From the NCBI GenBank assembly GCA_050250375.1, contig JBFWOS010000001.1, forward strand, positions 1,022,361 through 1,086,360: DNA of 64,000 bases, in the 5' to 3' direction. Below are positions 27,935 to 38,654 of this stretch, one piece after another. The notes under the pieces were generated by a model. It saw only the letters and a list, made by a program, of their open reading frames with translations, was not told where the DNA came from and did no database searches. The translations under genes and the position numbers were made by a program. Position 1 is the first letter of the stretch; every line of letters begins with the position of its first letter. The DNA is from Candidatus Omnitrophota bacterium (GTDB lineage: Bacteria; Omnitrophota; Gorgyraeia; Zapsychrales; Zapsychraceae).

Positions 27935-28512
27935 TTGTCTTTTTTATGGGTGGACATAAATAATTCCCTGATCCTTCTACGGCTGAAATAATATATAAAA
28001 GCCGAACAGAAAACGAAATCAATCAGCATATAGAAAAATCGTGATATTTTCGGATGCCAGGGATAAACCAGTTTGTATCCCTGCATATCCGGAGGATACA
28101 ACGGGTAGGCAAACTTGTCTAAGATCGTTCCCGCCGGAAAGGTGTTAATGCCGCGCTGGTATTCACTGTAAATAGAGATATTTTCAAAAACATAAAACGG
28201 ATGCCTCCAGTGAATTGTAAGCAGCGAGATACTGAATAACACAATGAGCGTCTGCCGGGCCGTTTCTTTTCGCGCGAACAGTCCGACAGCAATGAAGATC
28301 CCGGCAATCCTTGATCCGACGGAAATGATAAATCGATCATTGATCATCCCGGTGGGCATCTGCTGGAACATAAAAACGTAATAATCATAATTAAGAAACC
28401 CGTAGAGATTATAAATCGATCCGGCGATCAGCAGGGCAGAGAAAACGGCGATCCCCCTGGGTTTTGAATTTATTCCCCGCAGCATTTTTTGTATTTTTTT
28501 CCGCTGCCGCAC
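27931..28512 (-). CDS. Membrane protein of unknown function (paralogous family member B)
   Basis: 4-TM protein whose start overlaps the lnt stop (ATGA). It is homologous to the 33476..33997 product ([11 protein letters not shown] vs YWKHPYEAFVNW; IYYFSRRR vs IIYYFTRPP). Confidence 0.5.
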   Translation of the reverse strand: MRQRKKIQKMLRGINSKPRGIAVFSALLIAGSIYNLYGFLNYDYYVFMFQQMPTGMINDRFIISVGSRIAGIFIAVGLFARKETARQTLIVLFSISLLTIHWRHPFYVFENISIYSEYQRGINTFPAGTILDKFAYPLYPPDMQGYKLVYPWHPKISRFFYMLIDFVFCSAFIYYFSRRRIRELFMSTHKKDK

Positions 28513-31445
28513 GGGCAGGGGTCGTTGCGTCCGACCTTAGGCCCGTCATTTCGGGCAGGAACCGCCTTGGGAACCTCTTGCGGATGAGGTTGTGAAATCG
28601 GCTGGCGGGGAGCGGCATTGCGGGCAGCATGCCGGATATCTTCCGCGTCGTCATGCACCAGATTCTGAGGCAGGGAACCGAACACACTCTTGATCCGGCG
28701 TCCCGGCGTGATCGGCTGGAGTTTAAAGATCAGTTCGGCGACTTCCTGGTTGACAGACATATGCATGGACTCAAACATAAAAAACCCCTCTTTTTTATAT
28801 TCGATCAGCGGATCGCGCTGCCCGTAAGAGCGCAAACCGATCCCGTCCTTGAGCAGGTCCATCGCGTAAAGGTGGTCTTTCCACTTGGAATCGATGGTGT
28901 TGAGCATCAGCATTCTTTCCAGATAACGCATCTCTTCAGCGCCGAACTCTTCCTCTTTCCTGCTGTACATCTGATTCAGGTCATCCATGATGATCTTGAC
29001 GATTTCTTCCTGCGTTTTTTCCCTGATCTGGTCTTTGTGCCCAATCATATCGTAATAAAAACCGGTCTTTAAATAAGCGTTCAACCCGTCAAAATTCCAT
29101 TCGTCTTCCTTGCCCGGAGTAAACAGATGTTCATTCACCGCCGGGGAAATGACGCTTTGAATAGCGTCAAAAATGAGATATTTGATATCGGAACTTTCCA
29201 GCACCAGGCGGCGCAAATCGTAAATCACTTCACGCTGGCGGTTCATGACATCGTCATATTCCAGCAGGTGTTTACGGATTTCAAAGTTGTGGTTCTCCAC
29301 CCGCTTCTGGGCGTTTTCAAGCGCCTTGTTCAGCCACGGATGTTCCAGCACCTGACCTTCTTCCATCCCGAGCTTTTCCATCACGCTGATAATCCGCTCC
29401 GAGGCAAACAGACGCATCAGATCATCTTCAAGGGACACGTAAAACTTTGACGCGCCCGGGTCGCCCTGACGGCCCTGTCGTCCGCGCAGCTGGTTATCAA
29501 TGCGGCGGGATTCATGCCGTTCGGTCCCCAATACGAATAATCCGCCCTGCTCGATGACCTTTTTCTGCTCCGCCTGACATTGTTCCCGGAACTGATTGAT
29601 AAATTTTTGCGTCATCTCGTTGCGCTCGGCTTCATCCGCCCCGTCTTTAAGTTTCTGACTGACCAGGTTGACGGCCAGATAAGCGGCGTTTCCTCCCAGG
29701 ACAATGTCGGTACCGCGGCCGGCCATGTTCGTCGCGATCGTTACCGCCCCGAATCGTCCGGCCTGGGCGATGATGTTCGCTTCCTGCATGTGAAACTTCG
29801 CGTTGAGGACATTATGCGGGACACCTTTTTGTTTCAAATAGGTCGACAGCAATTCTGATTTTTCAATGGAGATCGTCCCGACCAAAACGGGCTGCCCCCT
29901 CTTGTGGCACTCCGCGATATCGTTAACAACGGCGGTATATTTTTCTTTCTGGGTCTTATAAATGGCATCCGGATGGTTGAGCCGCTGCAGGCGTTTGTTG
30001 GTCGGGATTGCCACACAATCAAGCTTATAGATCTGTTTAAATTCCGTGGCCTCGGTATAGGCTGTACCGGTCATGCCGGATAATTTCTCGTACAGACGGA
30101 AATAGTTCTGGAACGTGATGGTGGACAGGGTCTGTGTTTCCCGTTCGATCTTGATGCCTTCCTTGGCCTCCACCGCCTGGTGCAGACCATCGGACCAGCG
30201 ACGGCCGGGCATCATACGACCGGTAAATTCATCGACGATAATGACCTCGCCTTCCTGGACCACGTAGTCAACATCCTTCTGGAAAAATTCCTTGGCCTTA
30301 AGAGCGGCAAGGATATGGTGCCGGTGCTCAATCGTTTCCATGTCATGCAGATTATCAATGCCAAGCATCTTGGCCGCTTTTTCTTCTCCGGCATCTGTCA
30401 TTGCGATCGACTTATTCTTCTCGTCCGCCATGTAATCATAACCAACGCTTAAATCAATCTCTTTATGTTTGGCATCAATCTCGTCATTTTCCGTGATGCG
30501 GCGTCCTTTTAACGCCTTGCTGATATCAAACGCCTTGTAATATTTGTCGGTCGCCTGTTCAGACGGACCTGAAATGATCAGCGGTGTACGGGCCTCGTCA
30601 ACAAGGATGCTGTCGACTTCGTCCACAATCGCAAAATGATGCGGACGCTGGACCATCTGTTCCTTGAAACTGACCATGTTGTCTCGCAGATAATCAAAAC
30701 CGAATTCATTGTTGGTCCCGTAAGTGATGTCGCAGCCGTACGCCTGCTGGCGCTGGGCCGGAACCAAATCATGCAGGATCACGCCGACGGTCAGGCCTAA
30801 AAACTTAAAAATCGGCTCCATCCACTCCATGTCTCTTTTCGCCAGGTAATCATTCACCGTGACAATGTGAACCCCTTCACCGGTCAAGGCATTGAGATAC
30901 GCCGGCAGGGTGGCGCACAGGGTCTTTCCTTCTCCGGTCGTCATTTCCGAAATGTTTCCTCCGTTAAGGACGATCCCCCCGACCATCTGGACGTCGAAAT
31001 GACGCATTTTCAAAACCCGCCAGGACGTTTCCCGGACCACCGCGAACGCCTCCGGCAATATTTCCTTCAGGGCATCCTGTTTGGTTTTGCGGTATTTTTC
31101 CTCGGCTTCATCAATCTTGTTATTCAAATCCGTCTTCTCGGCATTATCCGTCGAAGTGTTGTATTTTTCCCGCAGGTCATCGTATGCCTTTTTATCCGGT
31201 TCAATGGCCTTGTTATACCGGGCCTTGAATGCCGGGGTGTACGCTTTAAGCTGTTCATCGGTCAGGCTTTTCATTTTTTCTTCAAAAGAATTGATCTGGC
31301 TGACAACCGGAACCATTTTCTTGAGCATCCGGATCGACGGCAAAGGCAGATCCTCCGGGACATGCAGATTAACCTTGGGGGTCTGCCTGTCAATCAGTTT
31401 CTGGGTGGATTTAGCCGCCGCTTTTTGAAAAATAAAATCTAACAT
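28470..31445 (-). CDS. secA: Preprotein translocase ATPase SecA
   Basis: 991 aa with DEAD-like motor motifs and a C-terminal zinc-binding [14 protein letters not shown] tail. Confidence 0.97.
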   Translation of the reverse strand: MLDFIFQKAAAKSTQKLIDRQTPKVNLHVPEDLPLPSIRMLKKMVPVVSQINSFEEKMKSLTDEQLKAYTPAFKARYNKAIEPDKKAYDDLREKYNTSTDNAEKTDLNNKIDEAEEKYRKTKQDALKEILPEAFAVVRETSWRVLKMRHFDVQMVGGIVLNGGNISEMTTGEGKTLCATLPAYLNALTGEGVHIVTVNDYLAKRDMEWMEPIFKFLGLTVGVILHDLVPAQRQQAYGCDITYGTNNEFGFDYLRDNMVSFKEQMVQRPHHFAIVDEVDSILVDEARTPLIISGPSEQATDKYYKAFDISKALKGRRITENDEIDAKHKEIDLSVGYDYMADEKNKSIAMTDAGEEKAAKMLGIDNLHDMETIEHRHHILAALKAKEFFQKDVDYVVQEGEVIIVDEFTGRMMPGRRWSDGLHQAVEAKEGIKIERETQTLSTITFQNYFRLYEKLSGMTGTAYTEATEFKQIYKLDCVAIPTNKRLQRLNHPDAIYKTQKEKYTAVVNDIAECHKRGQPVLVGTISIEKSELLSTYLKQKGVPHNVLNAKFHMQEANIIAQAGRFGAVTIATNMAGRGTDIVLGGNAAYLAVNLVSQKLKDGADEAERNEMTQKFINQFREQCQAEQKKVIEQGGLFVLGTERHESRRIDNQLRGRQGRQGDPGASKFYVSLEDDLMRLFASERIISVMEKLGMEEGQVLEHPWLNKALENAQKRVENHNFEIRKHLLEYDDVMNRQREVIYDLRRLVLESSDIKYLIFDAIQSVISPAVNEHLFTPGKEDEWNFDGLNAYLKTGFYYDMIGHKDQIREKTQEEIVKIIMDDLNQMYSRKEEEFGAEEMRYLERMLMLNTIDSKWKDHLYAMDLLKDGIGLRSYGQRDPLIEYKKEGFFMFESMHMSVNQEVAELIFKLQPITPGRRIKSVFGSLPQNLVHDDAEDIRHAARNAAPRQPISQPHPQEVPKAVPARNDGPKVGRNDPCPCGSGKKYKKCCGE

Positions 31446-31503
31446 GATAAATTATCCTTATGGTTTGTCTTGCTTTTAATCTCTCGCTTCTAAAAGCCCA
31501 ATG

Positions 31504-32599
31504 TTATTTTTTTGCCTTTTCACGCAAAAATGCCTCGATAAACATATCGATCCCCCCGTCCATCACCTTGGTGACATTGCCGGTTTCCGCATCCGTGCGG
31601 TGATCTTTAACCAGAGAATACGGATGCATGACGTAGGACCGGATCTGGGAACCCCATTCGATCTTCTGTTTGACACCGTACTCATCCGCCATGCGCTCTT
31701 CCTTTTCCTTGGCTTTCAGTTCATACAAGCGCGCCCGTAAAATCTTCATCGCCGTCTGGCGGTTGTGCAGCTGTGAGCGTTCATTTTGACATTGTACCAC
31801 AATGTTGGTCGGCAAATGCGTAATCCTCACCGCCGAATCAGTCGTGTTAACGCTCTGCCCTCCCGGGCCTGACGAACGGAAAATATCAATCCTCAGTTCG
31901 TCGGGATTAATCTGGACCTCCACATCATCTTCGATTTCGGGGATCACATCCACCGAAGCGAAAGAAGTATGCCGGCGTTTGTTTGAATCAAACGGGGAGA
32001 TGCGCACCAGCCGGTGCACCCCTTTTTCCGCTTTCAGATATCCGTAAGCCATGTCGCCCTCGATCTCCAGGGTGACGTTTTTCACCCCGGCCTCTTCACC
32101 GGGCAGGATGTCGATCGTCTTAACGGCGTAACCCTTTTCATCGGCATACCGGGTGTACATCCGCAAAAGCATATTGGTCCAGTCACAGGATTCGGTGCCG
32201 CCGGCCCCGGCATTGATACTGAGAATCGCGTTGTTGCGGTCAAACGGCCCGGACAGGATCGTCTTGAGCTCAAGGTCATCGACGGTTTTCTCCAGCGTTT
32301 CCAGTTCGGCCTGGACCTGGCCCAGGAACTCCTGGTCCCCTTCCGACATTTCCGCCAGTTCTTTGAGTTCGGTCAATTTCTCAAGGCCATTATTAAAGGG
32401 ATCCACACAGCCTTTCAGATATTTCAATTCCTTCATCAGTTTGTTGGATTGTTCGGAGTCATCCCAAAAATTGGGCTGGCTCATCTTGTCCTGGATACTT
32501 TTGATGGACTCTACCTTGTTGGAAAGGTCAAAGATACCCCCTGAGATTGTGGAGTTTATCTTCTATATCGGCGATTCTATCTTTGATTTCGGCAAGCAT
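31504..32599 (-). CDS. prfB: Peptide chain release factor 2 with programmed +1 frameshift
   Basis: SPF tripeptide and GGQ motif are present. Frame 0 reads MLAEIKDRIADIEDKLHNLRGYL then TGA in the context AGGGGGTATCTTTGAC (minus strand, ~32542..32527). The +1 frame continues DLSNKVESIKSIQDKMSQPNFWDD. Confidence 0.93.
32527..32542 (-). promoter_or_regulatory. RF2 autoregulatory +1 frameshift site (SD-like AGGGGG + CUU UGA C)
   Basis: Exact match to the canonical prfB recoding cassette. Confidence 0.9.
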
Positions 32600-32705
32600 A
32601 TAAATAAGTAATATTATTAGTATTCAGATTTAATAAAGGCGTATTATAACACAACCGATCTTGATTGCAATAAGGCTGATTATCCCGCAAAATCAACCCA
32701 TTTTT

Positions 32706-33392
32706 TTAAAACCGGTATTTGAAAATGCCACCGAACATGGAAATGGCTTTAGGCCAGCTGATCTTTTTTCCTTCTTTGGATGTTCGGGCCACATAGTGAA
32801 TCGGGATTTCCATGATCCTTCGCTTCTGGCGGATCAATTTGGCGGTGATCTCGGTCTCAAACGTAAAATGCCTGGACTCAATGGTCAACGGTTTGACAAT
32901 TTCACTCCTGAACAGTTTGTAACACGTATTGATATCCGTCAGTTTGACCGGATACAGGAGATTGAAGACGGTATTTGAAAGAATATTCGCCCAGCGGTTA
33001 ATCGGCCGCATTTGCCGGATCTGCCCCAAAAACCTGGAACCGTAAACAGCGTCCGCCCGGCCCTGTAAAATCGGATGAAGTAACAAAGGATATTGGCCCG
33101 GATCATATTCCAGGTCCGCGTCCTGGATGATAATTAATTCACCGGTCGCTTCTTTGATCCCGCGGGCCACGGCTGATGTTTTTCCAAGATTTTGCTGCTG
33201 ACGGATCATCCGGACGGAAGAAGACCGCTGGCATTCTATTATATTCCGGTTTGTATTGTCGGTCGAACCATCGTCAACGACCAGGATTTCCAGCTCCATC
33301 TTTTCCGGCAATTCTACCGCCAGCACACGGTTAATAATCGCCCGGACTGTGTTCTCTTCATTATAAACCGGGATGATGACCGATAATTTCAT
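32706..33392 (-). CDS. GT2-family glycosyltransferase (polyprenyl-phosphate sugar synthase, DPM1/ArnC-like)
   Basis: MKLSVIIPVYNEE...VVDDGSTDNT...IIQDADLEYDP, followed by a C-terminal TM. Confidence 0.85.
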   Translation of the reverse strand: MKLSVIIPVYNEENTVRAIINRVLAVELPEKMELEILVVDDGSTDNTNRNIIECQRSSSVRMIRQQQNLGKTSAVARGIKEATGELIIIQDADLEYDPGQYPLLLHPILQGRADAVYGSRFLGQIRQMRPINRWANILSNTVFNLLYPVKLTDINTCYKLFRSEIVKPLTIESRHFTFETEITAKLIRQKRRIMEIPIHYVARTSKEGKKISWPKAISMFGGIFKYRF

Positions 33393-33475
33393 ATAAAATC
33401 TCCCAATTAATCAACAAATGCTTTACAAGAGAAATCCATTTTATACAATAGTGTCAGCCTTAAATTATCTATGTC

Positions 33476-33997
33476 TTGGCCGTCCGCAAAGAGAAAACAA
33501 TGAAAATGAATGATCAAAAGAAACTTCAGGGGGTCACACTTTTTTCAGTGCTGCTGATCGTCTACAGCCTTTGGCAGTTAGCGCTCATTTTGGATTTTCC
33601 CAGGTATAAATATATTTTTCAATTCTTGCCCGATACAAGCCTGTTGATCCGATTCTCCGGATCAATCACCTTACGGATTCTGACAATCATCCTGGCAGCC
33701 GGTATACTGTCCTACAAAAATCGTTTTCGAAAGGCGTTGATCTTTCTCAGCATTTACAACATCCTTACCGTCTATTGGAAACACCCGTATGAAGCCTTTG
33801 TCAACTGGGACCGTTATTATCAAATCTCACCGGAAAAGATCAACACCCTGATTTATCGGATTCTTGGAAACATGGCGATTGATTATCAGACCATTAAAAT
33901 AATCTCTGTGGCGGCCGCCTGTATTTCCGACGTGCTGTTTTATGGTGCTATCATCTATTATTTCACCCGTCCGCCAGTGAAGCAACGATTCACATAA
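33476..33997 (+). CDS. Membrane protein of unknown function (paralogous family member C)
   Basis: Homologous to 27931..28512 and to the N-domain of the TM-REC protein. Confidence 0.5.
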   Translation: MAVRKEKTMKMNDQKKLQGVTLFSVLLIVYSLWQLALILDFPRYKYIFQFLPDTSLLIRFSGSITLRILTIILAAGILSYKNRFRKALIFLSIYNILTVYWKHPYEAFVNWDRYYQISPEKINTLIYRILGNMAIDYQTIKIISVAAACISDVLFYGAIIYYFTRPPVKQRFT

Positions 33998-34024
33998 TTC
34001 CCGGTTTATATTTCCATAACAGGA

Positions 34025-34630
34025 TCACGCATACCGGCAAACCGCCACCAGCGATTGACCGAACGGCAACCTCAATTTTGATTCGAGCCGGCTGATGGCC
34101 GGTACACCCGCGTCAAGCCAGCGGCAAATACGCGGATTGAACCGGCGGCTTTTCAAGACCCGTCCGGAAATAAACCATGAAACTGTTCCAAGAATGTTCA
34201 TATAATATTGTTTTTCTGTCCTGAGACCGGCCCTGGTTACGCAATCTTCCAATGTTTTTTTATCGTACCTTCGGCAATGGCCCACCAACGCGTCTAATGA
34301 ACCATACAAACAATCCAGTGCCGGCACCAGCAACACGATCCGTCCGCTTTTTTTCAGCAGCCGTTTCATATTTTCCAACGCCTTAACATCCTCTTTAATG
34401 TGTTCCAGTACGTTGACGCATGTGATCGTATCAATGGACTGCAGGGGGATCTGCGATAACAATTCTTCCTGAAGAATAGAATTTTTCAAAACCCGGACAT
34501 TTTCCTGCCGTTCAAACATTTGTCTGAGATTTTCCGTCATGACTTCATCTTCATCCACGAGAATAATCTCCTCTGCCGTACTCTCAGGATAATATTGAAC
34601 GATATTGCCTATCCCGCTGCCAATGTCCAT
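34025..34630 (-). CDS. Class I SAM-dependent methyltransferase
   Basis: Methyltransf_11-like motif region (DTITCVNVLEHIKEDVKALENMKRLLKKSGRIVLLVP). Confidence 0.7.
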   Translation of the reverse strand: MDIGSGIGNIVQYYPESTAEEIILVDEDEVMTENLRQMFERQENVRVLKNSILQEELLSQIPLQSIDTITCVNVLEHIKEDVKALENMKRLLKKSGRIVLLVPALDCLYGSLDALVGHCRRYDKKTLEDCVTRAGLRTEKQYYMNILGTVSWFISGRVLKSRRFNPRICRWLDAGVPAISRLESKLRLPFGQSLVAVCRYA

Positions 34631-34734
34631 GACCCGGCCCTGCAGGTAGCTGCTGATTTTCTGAAAAATCCAGAAATTATAATTTCTGGAATCACGGATG
34701 GTTTCTAATGTTTCTAAAATAAAAAAGCTCCTGT

Positions 34735-36249
34735 TTAGGGGATACTGCCCTGAATGTTTACTTTCTTTTTTCTTACCCGGTACAATGAATTTTGGACAAC
34801 CGAATGCACCAGGACATCATTGTACCAATCCTCAATCATGCGATCGCCCATATGTTCAAATTCAAAATTGGCGTGCATAAATTCATCGAATTTCAAATGG
34901 TCTGGAAATCCGTTCAGGCCGGTGTCAGTAATATACACGGGAATATTATTTCCCAGCAGAAAATCAATCCGGTTTTTGTATTTTAACAGTTCGTTTGGGC
35001 GGGCTTCAAAAAGGGTTACCGGCACCCCCAGCGGGATCCGGCGCGCGTAATATTTGATAAAAAGAGAATGGTCTCGTTCGATGATCGTGGCCCCGGGTTC
35101 TGTCACCAGATTCATCCAGCGGTAAAAGTCCGGCAGAAGTGCATAATCATGACGGAATTTTACGGTCTGGTAAATCCCGATTCCATTTATACTGAGCGAC
35201 ACGATCAAACACGCCATCACGACTTTGAATTGTTTAGGATTGATATTATTGAAAAGCGAAGCGGCGTAACTCAACGGAATGATGAGCATAATCGCCGGAA
35301 TCAGGTAGATCCGTGGAAGGCTGTACCAGAACAGGGCAAAAACCAGCATCGGAAGAAAGACCAGCCCCATAATACAGACAAACCACGGCCGGTCTCTTTT
35401 GGCCAACAGCCAGAATCCCGCCACTGCCCCCAGGCAGCCCAGCAGAGAAACCGACGTAAACATCCACTTGAGAACAATGCGGATGGTATTCAGATCGACC
35501 CGGCCCAATGTCTGTGAAATCATCATCATATAATGCGGAAGGAAATCCGCGGCCACAAAATTTTTCCGGTTGACCAGAGAGGGGATATAAAAAATCGTAC
35601 TCACCGCAAGAACGATTAAAAAGAATACAAACAGGTCTTTGACCGGGAGTTTTCTTTCAGCCATACCGGGCCGGGTCCATAGAAGGAGCGCTAGCGCCGG
35701 GGCCGTTGCCACCAGGTCCTGCAACCGGGCTGCCCCCAGCAGGCCGAAAATTATCCCCGAGAAAAAAAGATTCAATCTATTTCCGGTCTGGAAATACTGA
35801 ACCATCCATAACAATCCCGCCAAAAACAACAAGGCCGCCAGGACCTGGCTGTTACCGAACGTTGATACTCCCAAAAATATGGTGTTAAACGACAAGACCA
35901 GAGCGCCGACCAATGCGGCTTGGCGACCAAACAGTTTGTGTAAAAAAAGATAAAAGACGGGAACGCACAGAGAGCTTAAAACAACGTTCATAAAGTTGAC
36001 GGCCAATACGATATCCGTCATGCCTAGCCACTTTCCAAATCCGACAAAAACCGCCCCCATAATCGTTGTGAACGGCAAGCCGGTTCCTTCCAGATAGTGA
36101 ACTCGGAACGTTTCCAAGGTGGATTTGGACTGGACCGCGAGCAAAAGACAATCGGCGTAAAACGGACCCTTGCTGATTAAAGAGAGCCTGAATAGGAAAT
36201 TCAACAAGAATAAAAAAAACAGGATAAACGTCTGCCGGGATATTTTCAT
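34735..36249 (-). CDS. GT-C fold glycosyltransferase (ArnT/PMT-like polytopic membrane protein)
   Basis: 504 aa with ~12 TM helices. It is adjacent to the GT2 polyprenyl-P-sugar synthase, a typical pairing. Confidence 0.6.
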   Translation of the reverse strand: MKISRQTFILFFLFLLNFLFRLSLISKGPFYADCLLLAVQSKSTLETFRVHYLEGTGLPFTTIMGAVFVGFGKWLGMTDIVLAVNFMNVVLSSLCVPVFYLFLHKLFGRQAALVGALVLSFNTIFLGVSTFGNSQVLAALLFLAGLLWMVQYFQTGNRLNLFFSGIIFGLLGAARLQDLVATAPALALLLWTRPGMAERKLPVKDLFVFFLIVLAVSTIFYIPSLVNRKNFVAADFLPHYMMMISQTLGRVDLNTIRIVLKWMFTSVSLLGCLGAVAGFWLLAKRDRPWFVCIMGLVFLPMLVFALFWYSLPRIYLIPAIMLIIPLSYAASLFNNINPKQFKVVMACLIVSLSINGIGIYQTVKFRHDYALLPDFYRWMNLVTEPGATIIERDHSLFIKYYARRIPLGVPVTLFEARPNELLKYKNRIDFLLGNNIPVYITDTGLNGFPDHLKFDEFMHANFEFEHMGDRMIEDWYNDVLVHSVVQNSLYRVRKKKVNIQGSIP

Positions 36250-36276
36250 CGGTTCATATTAGCAGTACCGCTTCAT

Positions 36277-37356
36277 TTAGTCCAGATTCCGCTTAAGCCC
36301 CTTCAACTCAAGGTTAAAATCGTCCTTGCTGTCCGCGTAACGGCGGGCGACCGATTCATCAACAATCCCTTTCCTGACTTTCTCAACCAGGGACTGCTTG
36401 AACGAACGCATCCCGAACAATTCTCCGTCATCAATATAATTCTGGATTTCCCGGATACGTCCTTCCCGGATCAGGCGGGCAATCGTCGGAGTGACCACCA
36501 TCGTCTCGTAAGCCGGGATGCGGCCTTTTCCGTCTTTACAGGGAAGAAGCCTTAAGGAAATGGTCCCCTTCAAGATCATTGAGAGCTGCATGCGGATCTC
36601 ATCGTGCAGATGCGGGGGGAAAAAATTTACAATCCGGATGATCGTCTGCACCGCGTTAATCGTGTGGAAGGTGGTCATGACAAATGTCCCCAGCTCCGTC
36701 GCGGTAATGGCGGCCCGCATCGTTTCCGTGTCCCGGATGTTGCCGATATAAATGATATCCGGACTCTGCTGGGTCACGTGTTTGAGCGCCTTGGGATAAC
36801 TCACGACATCAATCTCGAGTTCGCGCTGGTTGATGATGCATTTGTTATCTCTAAAAAGGTATTCAATCGGGTCTTCGATGGTGACAATGTGCTGGGAGGT
36901 GATGTCGTTAATGTACTGGATCATACTGGCGATCGTCGTTGATTTCCCGTTCCCGGCCGGGCCGCTCACAATAAACAACCCCTTGCACTCTTCGCAAAAC
37001 AGCTTGCAGATTTCCACAGGAAGATTGAGTTCATCGAATGAACGGATCTTGGAATGGACATACCGCGCGACTAGGGCCGGTGTTCCGCGCTGGGTAAAAA
37101 TATTGATTCTGAAGCGTCCGATCTCCGGTTCTTCGTGGATAAAATCAATATCCAGTTCTTCCTTGAACTGTTTGCGGCGTTTATCATTGGCCAGCAGGAC
37201 GGTGACGATTTGCTCCATCTCATCCCGTGAAATTTCATGGTCACTCAAGATATCCACCCGGCCGTTGATCCTTGCCCGCGGCTTGGCCTTGGTGCGCAGA
37301 TAAAGATCGGAGGCGTCTTTCTTGACCATCAATTGAAAAAGCACCGATACATTCAT
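36277..37356 (-). CDS. pilT: Type IV pilus retraction ATPase PilT/PilU family
   Basis: Walker A GPAGNGKST, Asp box, and a His box region typical of PilT. Confidence 0.9.
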   Translation of the reverse strand: MNVSVLFQLMVKKDASDLYLRTKAKPRARINGRVDILSDHEISRDEMEQIVTVLLANDKRRKQFKEELDIDFIHEEPEIGRFRINIFTQRGTPALVARYVHSKIRSFDELNLPVEICKLFCEECKGLFIVSGPAGNGKSTTIASMIQYINDITSQHIVTIEDPIEYLFRDNKCIINQRELEIDVVSYPKALKHVTQQSPDIIYIGNIRDTETMRAAITATELGTFVMTTFHTINAVQTIIRIVNFFPPHLHDEIRMQLSMILKGTISLRLLPCKDGKGRIPAYETMVVTPTIARLIREGRIREIQNYIDDGELFGMRSFKQSLVEKVRKGIVDESVARRYADSKDDFNLELKGLKRNLD

Positions 37357-37367
37357 ATGATTTCTCC

Positions 37368-38654
37368 CTATTGGCTGTATTTTTTTTCCAAATCCAGCAA
37401 GATTTTTTTGGATGATTCCTTTTTCGTAAATACGTTTTTGCCCCTGAGGTGTCGGTGGTAGTTGAGTGCGAAACGGTGGGCTTCATCCCGGGTCCTCTGC
37501 AGCAGCTTCAGTCCCAGGGAATCTAATGATAGTTTAACAGGATTCTTTTTGTTCGGTACATAAATCTCTTCTTCTTTTTTGGCCAGCGAGACCATCGGGA
37601 CATCAATGCCGATCTTGATCAGTTCGGCCCGGGCCGCCGAGAGCTGGCCTTTCCCCCCGTCGATCACGATCAGGTCCGGAAACATTTTCCCTTCCCTTTT
37701 GAGCCGGCGGTAACGCCGCCGGACAACCTCCGCCATCATTTTAAAATCATCAATCCCTTCGGTTTCTTTAATCTTGAAACGCCGGTAATTATTCTTGTCC
37801 GGTTTTCCGTTTAAAAAAGAAACCATCGATCCGACGGCCTGGTTCCCCATGATGTTGGAGATATCAAACGTTTCGATCCGGTTCGGCAATCTGGGCAGGT
37901 TCAGCACGCGTTGCAATTGTTCGGCCTCCTTGTAATAATTGATATCCCCGGTTCCGGAATATAACGCGCCGATGGCCCGCAGCTGGTCACGCACCTTGGC
38001 GGCCTGCTCAAACCGTTTGGCCATGGCATGCGCTTCCATCTCATTGTGAAGTTTCTTGTACAGGTCATCTTTACGCCCTTCCAGGATAAGCTTGATGATT
38101 TTGATATTGCGCGCGTATTCTTTTTTGGTGATTTTCTTGATGCAGGGCGCGTCGCATAAACCGATGTGGAAATCCAGGCATTCCTTTTCAGGAAACGGGT
38201 CGCAGGTGCGAAAGTGGAATATCTTGCGAAGCAGGGCCAGCGCTTCACGGATCAACCCGGGATTGATATAAGGCCCGAAATAAGTATACCCTATTTTTCG
38301 GCGGTTTGGTCGTTCAACGGAAATCCGCGGGAACTCTTCATCCGTAATCTGGATCAGCGGAAAAGTCTTGTCATCCCTCAATTCCACATTGAACTTGGGA
38401 TCATATTTCTTGATAAGACTGGCTTCCAGGATCAGCGCTTCAGCCTCGCTGGCGGTCTCGATATAATCAATATCATCAATATTCTCAACCAGGATATCGG
38501 TTTTGGACATTGTCTTTCTGGTCCGGAAATACGACTGGACCCGTTTCCTGATCGAGATGGCCTTGCCGACATAGATGACTGTGCCGTCTTTATCCTTCAT
38601 CAGGTAAACCCCGCTGGTCAGCGGCAGGGACTTAACTTTTTCTTCCAAATCCAT
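37368..38654 (-). CDS. uvrC: UvrC-like excinuclease (GIY-YIG + UVR + RNaseH-like endonuclease domains, lacks the C-terminal (HhH)2 domain)
   Basis: GIY-YIG motif (SGVYLMKDKDGTVIYVGKAISIRKRV), a UVR-like motif region (EAHAMAKRFEQAAKVRDQL), and an endonuclease domain with DISNIMG...DGGKGQ. Only 428 aa. Confidence 0.78.
   Translation of the reverse strand: MDLEEKVKSLPLTSGVYLMKDKDGTVIYVGKAISIRKRVQSYFRTRKTMSKTDILVENIDDIDYIETASEAEALILEASLIKKYDPKFNVELRDDKTFPLIQITDEEFPRISVERPNRRKIGYTYFGPYINPGLIREALALLRKIFHFRTCDPFPEKECLDFHIGLCDAPCIKKITKKEYARNIKIIKLILEGRKDDLYKKLHNEMEAHAMAKRFEQAAKVRDQLRAIGALYSGTGDINYYKEAEQLQRVLNLPRLPNRIETFDISNIMGNQAVGSMVSFLNGKPDKNNYRRFKIKETEGIDDFKMMAEVVRRRYRRLKREGKMFPDLIVIDGGKGQLSAARAELIKIGIDVPMVSLAKKEEEIYVPNKKNPVKLSLDSLGLKLLQRTRDEAHRFALNYHRHLRGKNVFTKKESSKKILLDLEKKYSQ

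Noticed and set aside
36277-37356. pilT as part of a type IV pilus or competence pilus cluster
   Set aside because: No pilB, pilC, pilM-Q or pilin genes are adjacent. comEA and comEC are 7 kb away and separated by unrelated genes, so no operon-level link can be claimed from this window.
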